From positions 135,047,921-135,111,920 of the forward strand of contig NC_068983.1 of NCBI RefSeq assembly GCF_001194135.2: a DNA stretch of 64,000 nucleotides, written 5' to 3'. The notes under the pieces were generated by a model. That model did no database searches and was not told the DNA's origin. It was given only the letters and a program-made list of their open reading frames with translations. This DNA is from Octopus bimaculoides (lineage: Eukaryota). Below, in pieces: positions 12,965 to 24,669 of this stretch (the stretch's first letter is position 1; the number at the start of each line of letters is the position of its first letter). Made by a program: the position numbers and the translations under genes.

Positions 12965-14213
12965 GTAAGTGATGATGTTATATTAAAGCTATTTTACATT
13001 CACTGAATTTTGTAGTATGCATTAAAGTACAGTTGTCAAAACCATTATTATTATTACAGCTATATACCTTGTTGATTTTGTTGTCTCTTTACATTCTGTG
13101 TTCAATTCCTACTGAGGTCAACTTTGCCTTTCATCATTCTGAGGCTGATAGAATAAAGTACCAGTCAAGCACTGGGGTTAATTTAATCAATTAAACCCTA
13201 CCTTAAAAAATTCTGACTTTTTTGTCCATATTGGAAACAACTATTATATAGGCCCTGGATTAGCAGGATCATAAAAGTAGTGTCAAATAAAATGTTTGTT
13301 GTATATCTTCCAGCACTGCATGTTCTGAGTTCAAATCTCACCAAAATCAACTTTGCCTTTCATTCTTTTGTGGTCAACAAAATAAAGTACCAATCAAACA
13401 CTGGGTTGATATAACTGATTTACTGCCTCTCCTTCAAAATTTGCTGACCTTGTTTCTCCTAAATTAAAAACAATTACTATTAACTAAGGACTGCTGTCAA
13501 AGTACTGGCTGTCCTCTGATCGGTTGCTTTTTAAGCCTGTAACAGTGTAAATGTGTATCATCCTGAGCTCCTAAATTATCTCTTTACTCAGTTTGATTGG
13601 AATAAAGATGGTCATCTATAAAAATTAGCCTTATAAGGTGAAATGGCTCTTTCAATGCATCTCCATCTCCCAATATGTCCTGAATCTTCAATGGATGTTA
13701 AGTTATCAATATTCAACATCTATATCAAGCAGCCTATAATATCCTGAAGTCGATTTAATCAGTTATACCCTTCTCTAACAAACTTGTGGCTATGTGACGT
13801 GACATTCTAAGAAATGTTTGTTATATAGCCTAAAAATTTAATTTAGTTCCTATTTGCATATTAGGAGACATCTAGAAACTGTGTGGTGGTGTGAATGTGT
13901 GTGTGCCTATGTGTATTAAAAATCACTCTTGGTAAGACTCTTAATGTCACTGGTTAGCAAAATGCTTTGAGAAATATAAAAGGATTTTACAAGAAAAAAT
14001 ATATGGAGACCAACAGAGGACTGAAGTCTGATTAAAGCCAAGAAAATTCTTGATAATCAAAAGACATGAGACAGAAGAAAAATACAATGTTTAGCAATGG
14101 TAAGAAATAACTGTTTCTGAAAATCTCATCCTATTAAATATCAAAACAATAGAGCAGCAAATAAAAGGTAAATTTCTTTTTATTAACATTTTTCTTTCTT
14201 GTCATTTGTCCAG

Positions 14214-14357
14214 ATTTCAACATGGTTCTTCACAACATTTACAGCGCCAGAAATAAAAACTAAAATCAGTCATCTGCAAGGTACAGATTATTTGTATGCA
14301 AAAATGAATACAGATCAGCTAGACTTACCTCAGTGGATATTTGAATATGATGTGAAG
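14214..14357 (+). CDS. GDAP2: GDAP2 exon: ISTWFFTTFTAPEIKTKISHLQGTDYLYAKMNTDQLDLPQWIFEYDVK
   Basis: cag acceptor, gtaaga donor at 14358. STWFFTTF is a GDAP2 signature. Confidence 0.95.
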
Positions 14358-14418
14358 GTAAGATTTCATGCAAACACCTTTGATACTTGTTTAATGTATA
14401 AAGTATTTTGAAATAACA

Positions 14419-15722
14419 TTAGGTTGGTGCAAAAATAATTGCAGTTTTTATTTTAAACTTTGATGCTTATTCTAGAAACCATTTTGAAGCACAGATTTCA
14501 CTCTTTTGATTTATGCTTGTGGTTTTGCTTTATTTTGGTTCATTTTAGGCTTTCAAATTAAAAAATGGGGGGAAATGACAAATTTGAATGATTTTATTAT
14601 AAAGAGTTGAAAATTAAATGCAAAGCAGCAAAAGCTGCTTGCAATATCAACCAAGTATTTAAATAGGAGACCATCAATGAATATACTGTTCAACAATGGT
14701 TCAAAAAGTTTCATGGGAGAGATAAGAACCTTGAAGATGAAGGAAGTTATGTATGTTCTTCTGTAATTGACAAACGACTAACTGAGGGATTTATTGAAGC
14801 AGACCCACCCAAAACAATGCAACTGGTTACAGAACAACAAAACAGTTGTTTAACATTTGCAACACATTAAATAACCAAAAATAAAAACTCAAGAAATGTA
14901 TGTTGCATCAACTGAATAAAAGTAATAAAAAACAATTGCTATTATGAAGTCTGTTCTGCTCTTCTTATTCATCATCATTGATTAACGTCCGTTTTCTATG
15001 CTGGCATGGGTTGGACGGTTTAACTGTGGTCTAGAGAGCCAGCAGCTGCACCAGGCTCCAATCTGAGTTTCTACAGCTGGATGCCCTTCCTAAAAACAAC
15101 CACTCCGAGAGTGTAGTGGGTACTTTTTTCGTGATCTGTTTCTTCATTGCATTGTAACAACATAAAGAACTAATTCTATGCAACTGACTGTGTTCCATGC
15201 TATGACTGGGCTGAGAGTAAGCACCAAAGCATCCTCCTAACTAAAGGTGCATCAAAGAGAAAGTTACGTTACTGTGTAGGAGTCAGCAAGTGGAATTGCC
15301 CACTACCATTTCTTAAATCCTTGCAAAACCATCACAGGAGAGAAGTATTGTCAGGAAAATCAAGAAAATGCATCAGGAATCACAACATTTATGTCCAATA
15401 TGTTTTAATCTAAAAAAAGGACCAATTGTTCTCAATGACAACACTTGACCACGTCTTGCAAATGACACTACAGGAACTAAATGAAATGGACTACAAAACT
15501 CTCTTCCCTAACCTCTCTGACCCACTACCACTTTGTCAAGTGTCTTTATAGCTCTTTTTTGACATCCAAGCAACTGCTCATCAGTCCTAGGACACCAAAA
15601 TTTAAGTTGTCAGAATGTATAAACTTTGGCAACAATGTGTAATATATATTATTTATGCTAAGCTGAGTTATATTGCTTTAAAGTTGATGCTTCAAAACTA
15701 CAATTATGTTTGTACCAACCTG
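14419..15722 (+). mobile_element. Degenerate full-length mariner (Hsmar1/cecropia-like) in the last GDAP2 intron
   Basis: Left TIR ttaggttggtgcaaaaataattgcagtttt and right TIR aaaactacaattatgtttgtaccaacct. Transposase remnants include NEYTVQQWFKKF, IEADP, HFLNPCKTITGEKYCQE, KGPIVLNDN and WQQCV, with stops and frameshifts. Confidence 0.85.
14964..15130 (-). mobile_element. RTE-type 3' tail fragment inserted inside the mariner
   Basis: Reverse complement of the ...gggcatccagctgtagaaac...ccatgccagcat...acgttaa(tc)atgatg tail; it interrupts the transposase remnant. Confidence 0.8.
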
Positions 15723-16093
15723 GTTGGTGGAATCGGCCTCAAAGATGACATGATCACTGAAAGTGAATGACTGATTAGAGATGAGTAAATAAATAACACA
15801 CTACAACAATGCTTCTCAAACTTTTTGCTCTTCATCCCACTTTGATTGCCCTCATCTAATCCCCCCCCCCCCCCCCACCAAAGAAATTTTAATTAAAATT
15901 TTATTTCAAATTTTATTTACTTGTTACTTACCCCTCACTGTGAAGTAATCCACACTGCACTAAAAGAATGAATTACCTGTCTCAGTAATGTTTATATAAA
16001 TAGTTGTAAAATTCTTATGTATTTATGTATTTTTATGGATATGAATCTTATCTTTGTGTGTATGTGTTAACGTACTCTTCCTCTTTATTCAAG

Positions 16094-16147
16094 GTAAATG
16101 GTCCACGGTATTATGTGCCTGCTGAAGACCCAACAGAAGATCTTTAA
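16094..16147 (+). CDS. GDAP2: GDAP2 terminal coding exon: VNGPRYYVPAEDPTEDL*
   Basis: ttcaag acceptor, in-frame TAA at 16145-16147. Parallels the recalled vertebrate C-terminus ENGPYY...PDL. Confidence 0.85.
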   Translation, partial: VNGPRYYVPAEDPTEDL

Positions 16148-17229
16148 AACAGTGTATTCTGTAAGAACAGAAGCAGGCTTAATTGCTGAAGTACTGGAAG
16201 TATTAGGAAAAATATTGAAGTTTTGTTACGCTATACTGTTATACTCTTCAAATAGCCAAATATTGAACAAACAAATGATAATGCTGCTACCAACAATGAG
16301 AAGTGATGGCCCCTATCATGGGATGTGCTTTTGTTGTTGATTTTTAACAACTATGTCCTTGTATTTTAATTTCCAATGATGTAATATTGATTTGAGAGCT
16401 TAAATCCTGATTGTAAGATGTTATTGCATATCTTCAAGTTTATAAGTATTGTGATAAATCAAATTCTATATAACAACAACAGCTAGCACTAATAATAGTA
16501 ATATAGTTAAAATAATCTATATTTACTAAGCTATATATGGGATTCAAAGTACATTAAGGTTTAGTGTAAAAATGAAGGATGGTTCTAGGTTGAATTTTGT
16601 TAAGGTTTCAGAAGGGGCTTATAAAATGAATATAATCAAAAAAATATTGTTGTTGATGTTGGTTTTAGGAAAAATAATTTTCCAAATACACATGAAGCAT
16701 TTTAACCAGTTGTAAAATCTCTTTATGTAAAGGAACTGTCAGGGATTTAAGTAAGTCTTTTCCTTGAAAGCTACAAAATAAACAAAAAGAAAGGAAATAT
16801 TTATTAACTGGAGTATTTCTTTACTAAATAGTTAATATATTGATTTTTCCAATCCACTGATTATCAGTTGCTCTAATCACTGGTGCTTCTCTTTCTTCTT
16901 CTACAGATTATCAGTATTAAAACTTCACAATGGCTTTATCATGATTTGAAGTTTTGTGATTTAATACATTGATTTAATACATCTCTCTCAAGCAAGAGGA
17001 GAAGGAGGGAGGTCTATAAGTAGTATCTATGGTTTGCTTTCTAAGCCATCAGATATTTGCTAACTTGTATTTTGTGAAAACAGTCATGATAATATATAGT
17101 CAATACTACCAGCTCAAGCTTTATTTTTCTACATTTTATATCAATTACATTCTTGATATTTAAATCTTCAAATGTAGAAAGTCTTATAGTTCATATCTCA
17201 GTGATAACTTTTCAGCGTTTTAGTTGACT

Positions 17230-17870
17230 TAAGAAGTTTATACCACTTGTCTATATTGGATGGACCCCTGACAACACCCCTTCTATCAGCCTCAAATTGT
17301 GTATCCCAAAAGTATCACATTCTCTCTCAACATGTTTCATCTTCTTAAAGGGGTCCTTCTCACACTTTGTACAGTTATCAACCTGCTACTCTTGCTTCAA
17401 AGGTAATTGGAACAGCTGCAAACAATCATCTCCTTCATCACCTTGAATTTCTCTCCCTTCTCAAGGATAATTAGTGTAGTTTCCTAAGAGCCAAATCTAC
17501 TGGTAACTTATTGTCATATATCAATCACCTATACTGTCTCAATTTAGAGAATTTTGATAAAGCAATGCTATTTAATTTGACATTACTAAAGCCTTTAACT
17601 ATGACAGGTATGAGTATATTTTTGCTAAGTTGCCCACCTATATTTCTTAGTTTTCTAGATTGCAAGTTCTCTGCCAGACCATACTATACCCTGTGCTAAT
17701 GCAACTCTCTCTAGCTTACCCTGTATCATCCCTGGTGTATCTTGTGGTTTGGTAATGTCGCTCTCACACTCTTCCTTCTGTACATAGCAGCCTACTGGAT
17801 GTTTCTTGCAACAACACACACACTCATAGATGTCACCTTTCACTCCTCCTTAGCTCTCTACACACAAATG
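17230..17870 (+). mobile_element. Highly degenerate CR1/Jockey-like LINE reverse-transcriptase remnant
   Basis: Translates as FLRAKSTGNLLSYINH...FDKA, resembling the (G)FR..RST.DLL...LD.SKAFD RT motif. Heavily mutated. Confidence 0.5.
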
Positions 17871-19328
17871 TCATGAAAGGCCTTTTATGTTATATATCAG
17901 TAATATCTTTTAGTGCTATTATTGATGTTTATTTTGTGTCCAACTCCGATAAATAAGATAATTCAACTAGTGTTAAGTCTGAATCAATTCTTTTGAAATA
18001 GGAAGAGATATATCTACCTGTAAAATGTTTTGGACTACATAGTTTTACAGCCAAAAAGCATTTTGTAATGGTGATCATTGCTAATATGAACTGAGAGGAA
18101 TGGTGCCTAATTTTCAAAAAATCAGGAGTCTACTATGACTTTTCTTAACAGCTCATCAGATTAACATGGGTGAAATCTTAGCATTTTTTAAAATTCTGTG
18201 AAGAAGCTTAATATTTTAACCACTTACCTATAGCTAACAGGTTAGATTAAACAAATATTGGTAGAAGTTCACAATACAAATGCTTAATTATTTGCTTGTT
18301 GCTCTACTAATTCTAAACAATTATGTTGTTTAGCTCCAAGTCAACCCTGATGAAGTAGATCTACAATCGAATGAGTTCCAGCTGTGTCTATTCACTCTTT
18401 TCTATACAGAGTTTCTAGCTCTGCATTAGTCAATGTGTTCTTCCAGTTTTAAAAATAGTAGGGTGTAATATGAGAGATTTAACTGTAGAAGTTAACTCAT
18501 AAACTATTCATTTGATAATGAGGGATCTGAAAACAAGTGGCTAACTTTCATATTAAACAAGTGAAATAAGCAGTCCTTCTATAAAGGAGTCTTCAGCTAG
18601 AAAATATGCTAACCCTCTTCTCTATAATGTTGCACACATCTATTTGTAATACATACTTTTTAAAAAAAAATTTTTTATTTATATTCTTTCATAACTCCTC
18701 TTTTGGAATTCCACTGTTGACAAGTTATTTGTTTTCCAAAAGCTGGATTTCATCTAATGTTATCACTATCAGCTCCCTACTGTTTTATACATCTGAAGGA
18801 AATCAGAACAAATATTTCTGATGCCATTTGCTTTTTGTCTCACCAAGCTCATAGTTGATAACAAGATAGTGATGAATCTAAACTTCTCAGTAAACATATT
18901 GGGGTTTCTGTAAAAAAAAAAAAAAGTCTTATATCACTTTCCACATGTAGTGATTCAGTATTATTAGCAGTGAAATGCCTTTATTTACATTTATTTTTAC
19001 TTGAGGAATTTGACAATTTTATTAAGGGTTGTGTATGGATATGTATGCATGTAGTATGTGTGTGTGTAATGCTGTTACTGCTATCGATTATGTAGCATGA
19101 ACAAAAAGGTATGAAAAGATATCTAACATATCCTACATGGCAGTGTTATTCTCTAACAAAAAATGTTATGGAAATTATACAATTCCAAATGTAAATAAAA
19201 TATTTTTGAAATGGGTTGTTGTCTCAATAATATTTCTTTTCATTTAAGCGTTAATTTGTGCCAGCACAGAGATGTAATGGTGTTAAAGTCAACAATTGTT
19301 GGTCTGTTTGTAACTTGTTAGTCCACTG

Positions 19329-19364
<36 letters not shown>

Positions 19365-19367
<3 letters not shown>

Positions 19368-19560
19368 TCATGCGGGTGACACGTAAAAGCACCCACTACA
19401 CTCTCTGAGTCGTTGGCGTTAGGAAGGGCATCCAGCTGTAGAAACTCTGCCAAATCAGACTGGAGCCTGGTGTTGCCATCCGGTTTCACCAGTCCTCAGT
19501 CAAATCGTCCAACCCATGCTAGCATGGAAAGCGGACGTTAAACGATGATGATGATGATGA
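19365..19560 (+). mobile_element. 5'-truncated RTE LINE 3' tail ending in (GAT)n
   Basis: Near-identical to the 3' end of the element at 19585-20336; flanked by (TA)n. Confidence 0.85.
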
Positions 19561-19584
19561 TATATATATATATATATATATATA

Positions 19585-20336
19585 TGGTATGGTCATGTGG
19601 CGAGAATGGATGAGGATAGCTGTGTGAAAAAGTGCCACACCCTAGCGGTTGAGGGAACCTGTGGAAGAGGTAGACCCAGGAAGACCTGGGATGAGGTGGT
19701 GAAGCACGACTTTCAAACATTAGGCCTCACCGAGGCATTGACTTGTGACCGAGACTTTTGGAAATATGCTGTGCATGAGAAGACCCAGCAAACCAAGTGA
19801 GACCATCATCCAAGGCCTCTGCCAGGAGTGTAGCCAGCCCCCTTATGTATACCTTTCCTTCATTGGACACTAAACTCCACGTGTGAAGACCTGTTGAGAC
19901 AAGTGAAATCGAAATCAAACTAAATTCGACGACTGGCACCCTTGCCAACCTCTCCTTCATTGGACACTAAACTCGGCTTGCGAAGACCTGTTGGGGCAAG
20001 TGAAATCGAAATCGTGATGGCACCTGTACCAGTAGAGTGCTAAGAGCACTGTCCGAGCGTGATCATTGCCAGAGCAGCTGGTTGGCTTCCATGCCAGTGG
20101 CACGTAAATAGCACCATTTGAATGTGATCGTTACCAGCGTCGCCTTACTGGCACTTGTGCCGGTGGCACATAAAAGCACCCACTACACTCTTGGAGTGGT
20201 TGGCGTTAGGAAGGGCATCCAGCTGTAGAAACTCTGCCAAATCAGATTGGAAACTGATGTAGCCATCTGGTTTGCCAGTCCTCAGTCAAATCGTCCAAAC
20301 CATGCTAGCATGGAAGGCGGACGTTAAACGATGATG
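19585..20336 (+). mobile_element. 5'-truncated RTE-clade LINE: ORF C-terminus WYGHVARM...GRGRPRKTW...D plus long 3'UTR
   Basis: The WxGHVxRM and GRGRPRKTW motifs are typical of the RTE ORF end. Stop at 19800; 3'UTR with internal repeats and a (GAT)n tail. Confidence 0.9.
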
Positions 20337-20948
20337 AATATTATATATATATATATATACACACACACATGTTAGCACACAGTAAATGAACTTTAAGGAT
20401 ATGTCACAGAGTTACTCCGTAGGACGTCTGTGAAAAATTTAAGTACTCTACACTTTTTCATGAAATGTGCTAGAAGTACTTTTCCTAACAACTGGGTAGG
20501 GAAGGGATTAAAATCAAAACAAGCACATGCAATGTTTCACATACCTATTTCTTGATTTTAGCAGACAAGAAACATTTGTGCTTGATGTATATTAAGCTAT
20601 AAAAGAAAAACAGCTAATAAAAGGAAAGTCATGGAAATTCAGAGCAGTGAATTGGTTTTTATGCTGGCTTGCTTTATTTCATTCTATTTATATCTCTGAT
20701 GCCTTTGGGAAAGAGAAGACTCACAACTCTGTTTCCATTAGTTTTTGTGTCTTTAGTAGAAATCTCCATCCTGAACTTACAACTGTCTGTACTTCAAAGT
20801 AATTTGCAAGGAAGTATTAAAATTTATAGGTTTTCAGTTGAACTTATAACAGTAACATTTGTGCTTGAGCAAATAAAGATTGGAGCCAGCTGCTCTGAAC
20901 AACACTGAGAAATAGTGTATTTAATATCAATGTAAACTTGTATGTATG

Positions 20949-21140
20949 CTTTTACTTGTTTCAGTCATTTAACTGTGCTGAAGCACTGCCTTGAAGGATT
21001 TTTAGCCGAACAAATCATCCCCAGGACTTATTCTTTGTAAGCTAGTACTTATTCTGTTGTTTCCTTTTGCCGAACCACTAAGTTATGGGGACATAAACAC
21101 ACCAACATTAAGTAGTGGTGGGGGGACAAAAATGCACACA
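20949..21140 (-). mobile_element. Partial tRNA-derived SINE (same family as 37716-38065), 3' part
   Basis: ttttacttgtttcagtcatt...ggacttattctttgtaagc...ccgaacc matches the family. Confidence 0.75.
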
Positions 21141-21148
21141 CAAATATA

Positions 21149-21495
21149 CACGGTGTGATGGGTAAATTATCGCCATTTTAATAATTTCATGCATGCACAT
21201 TGTTTTTGATTTTGTTGACAACACAGTAGGGTCAGTGGGGCACTGTCTGTGAGAAAAACAACACCATAACACAATTCACTCTGCCAGAAATTTGGAAACA
21301 GCATGCTGTATTGCTTGGCATTCATGCTGGAAGCTCCAATACAAATATTTCAGAGTGTTTGGGTGTCAATATGAGGACAGTGCAGAGGATTCGAAAAGAG
21401 TTGGATGAGTCTAATGGTGATTATGTAGGTACGGCAGCTTGAAAATCTCATTCTGATAAGAAAAGAACTGAATTTGTTGATGAGATCCAGGCAAT
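21149..21495 (+). mobile_element. Tc1/mariner-superfamily element fragment with HTH remnant
   Basis: TA followed by cacggtgtgatggg terminus. Translation ...HAGSSNTNISECLGVNMRTVQRIRKELDESNG is HTH-like. Confidence 0.55.
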
Positions 21496-21704
21496 GAATT
21501 CCAAGCAAGAAAAATGGTGAATCAATTATTTAGTAATCAATTGTGTAAAAATAATAATGGTTGACTGGTATCTTATGAAATTTCTAAAATTATAGCAAAA
21601 GTTGGGAAATCCCATAATATTGGTGAAACTAATTTTGCCTGTGGTATCTCATAGTTTCATCATTTCTGAAACAATGTGAATGAAATTACTTGTAAGATTC
21701 CTTT

Positions 21705-23280
21705 AAGTAACTCATCAGTGTCACGGTGCATTGATGAAATGGTTAAGATGTAGAAAAGCAATGAGTAGCCAAATTACAAGTACAGAAATTTCCTCGTCAA
21801 CCTGATGAATCTACTCTGAGAGATAGTAAAGCTATTTTATTGGCATATGATCGTTATTCGGAGGGTAATGAATTCAAAGAGGAAATGCTTTTTTGTCAGA
21901 CATCTTAAGATAGACACTAAAGGCAAATCAATTTTCAAAAATGTAACTTATTTCGAGGAACATAATATTCTCCTCAGAAATATAATAGCTTTTGCTAATG
22001 ACTGTTCTCCATCCATGATTAGCAGATACAGAGGTTTTGTTACCTATTTAATAGATGCTGTATTTTGTATAGACTGTATGATAACACCAGCAACACTTAC
22101 TTGCAAAACAATTAAGTGCACATCTGCACAATGCCTATAATATTGTAATATTATTTACAAGACCACATCTTTCATGAATTCTGTAATAATAATGAAGAGT
22201 TTGTATGCTTTGTAATTCACACAGAGATAAGATGGTTATCAAAAGGTAATTGTCTGTCTCATTTTTTCTTGCACTTTGGTACACTGTTGTCTCATTCCTA
22301 GCTAACAACAATCTCAGCCAACAAATGGTTGCAGCTAAATGTGATGTATTTATCAGATATATTTGATAAAATTAATTTGATTAACAAACAGCTTCAAGGA
22401 GAAAACCCTGATCTTTTATCCTCCAAAGGAGCTATTACTACTTTTCTAGGGTAAGTACAGCTCTAGAAAATAAATGTATGTTGTGTATTATTACAATTTC
22501 CTAGTAATTTGGAATCAAGTAACAGTAATCTGCATGATAGTGACCTTATATACTGAACATTTGAAAAACTTGCATAATGATATACAATCTCAGTTTAATG
22601 ACCTGCTGCAGTTAAATATACTGCATTGGGTGACATTTCTTATTAATGTTGCTGCTGTAGTTATCTGTTTGCAGGAGAATCTCACTGAATTGCAGAGTGA
22701 TAAAATATTTCAGGCAAGATTTAAATATGGAGAACGTAATGTATAAAAAAGAAATGACACTGCTACTAAGTATCCACTATTCTGGTGGGGAAGCACAGTT
22801 ATACTTTACTGCATTTCCTTTATCTTACTTTGTTGAATCTAGTTTCAGCTATGTCACTAACTTACTGTTAAAAGCTCGTAATCGAATTGACATAGAAAAA
22901 GGTGATCTTCAATTATCATTGACAACATTGGAGTAGAATATTTTAAAACTAGCAGAGCAGAGCCAACTGCTAGACTTGCATTAAAGAAATTAACACTAAA
23001 GTACTATCTTATTTTAATAAATATATACTTGTATGTTTATGACTCATTTTACTTGTAAGCATTCATTTTCTATGGAATTTAGTTGTTAAGAAATTGGTTA
23101 TAGGTCTACAGTACACAAAATATTAAAAAAAATTTTTTATACAAGTCCTAATAATATTTAATTAAAAAAATACAATATGATTTTTTTAAAAAATCAAATG
23201 GGTATGGTGGTGGTGGTGGGTCCACAAGAGTGAAATAGTAATCAAAGGGGTTCACAAATAAAAATAGTTGAGAACCCCTG
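21705..23280 (+). mobile_element. hAT (Buster/Charlie-type) transposase fossil with right terminus
   Basis: Remnants KGKSIF...EEHNILLRNII...SPSMISRYRGF and IHTEIRWLSKGNCL. Ends in gttgagaacccctg, the reverse complement of a caggggttctcaac hAT terminus. Confidence 0.8.
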
Positions 23281-24534
23281 GTTTACATACTTTTGCTGAA
23301 GTTGAGAGTTTGAAACGTAGGTGACAAGTGCTATTTTCAAGAAATTTTTCTTCAAATTTCCCCTTGGGGTCCCCATGGTTTAAATCTGATCCTACCTCCA
23401 TACAGCAATATTGTATGGCAATATTTTATGCCATGTCATCAAAATTTTGCTTATCTTTCCAATTTGTTCTTGAAATAATAAAGCAGCCTCTTTAAACAAC
23501 ACTGCTTTTACTCCCCTGGTTTGGGAGGGAGCAATGAATGTGTGTAACCCTAAACTCCTTACTGGTTGGAAGTGATTTGTTACCTTAATACAAATGCAAC
23601 TAAAATAACTGATGTAATATTCAACAACTGACATAAAATTGCTGTAAAAACTCTAACCATTTCCTCTGTTGCCTTTAATGACATGAGATATTAAATGATT
23701 GTGCTCTTCTCTGCTATTTCCTTGTAATAAGAAGCAACAGCAAAAGGAAATTCACCTAATATCTCTCTACACTCTGATGAGAATAAACACACATGCTACA
23801 TGTATCAGTATTTATGTCTCATAGTAGTTTAGCTGATAATACAATTTATAAAGAAGATGTTTACTCTGACTACCTCTCAACCTTGCATAGAATAAATGGG
23901 GTGAATTTCATTTCAGAGTCAGGTACAAGTATTTACTATATCTTGCTGTTATGAGGACACAAGACTAGACGAACAGCAATGGTCTACTGTCTTTCAACAG
24001 TAAATTCAACATCATTACCATTATCATATTCCAAAAAAGTATAGACACCAAACAACTTGAATGTACTTGCAAATCAAACAGTAACACATTTTAAAATATG
24101 TTGTAGTTCAAAGAAGAGCTATGAGGCACACCTTTGAACTAGTGAGCCACATATTGGTTCAGCCAACTGACCTGAAGTTCCAGCTTGTGACACATGCAAT
24201 GAAAATCACTCAGTTCATTACTGAATGCTCCAGCTTAATATTAGGAAGCTTCAATGCATTAAGTGATGTTTTGGAATATAAATACTATTGTAATGTTTGA
24301 ATCATGCCAGTGGACTAGGATAGTTACACACAAAATTGCAATAAAGATTATCAAACAATTCCAGGTTCTTTGAAGTTGTTAGGTTTTACTGAAGCTTTGA
24401 ATGATATATATAGTGTTAAGAAAGGATATTTTCAGGAATTTTCCCATTAATAAGCAACATCTTATCAGGACAGATTATAGAAACTTATTTGTAAATTGGC
24501 ATTGGGAAAAGCATTCAGCCATAGAAACCATGCT

Positions 24535-24669
24535 ACAATTGGAGTCTGGCCAGCTCCTGTCAAACTGGACAATTGGAGTCTGGCCAGCTCCTGTCAAACT
24601 GGACAATTGGAGTCTGGCCAGCTCCTGTCAAACTGGACAATTGGAGTCTGGCCAGCTCCTGTCAAACTG
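24535..24669. repeat. 34-bp minisatellite x4 (acaattggagtctggccagctcctgtcaaactgg)
   Basis: Units start at 24535, 24569, 24603 and 24637. Three are perfect and the fourth is 33/34. Embedded in a degenerate RTE-like tail (about 24495-24720). Confidence 0.95.

Noticed and set aside
24535-24669. 34-bp repeats resembling a CRISPR array
   Set aside because: The units are contiguous with no spacers, there are no cas genes, the context is eukaryotic, and the unit derives from a retroposon tail.
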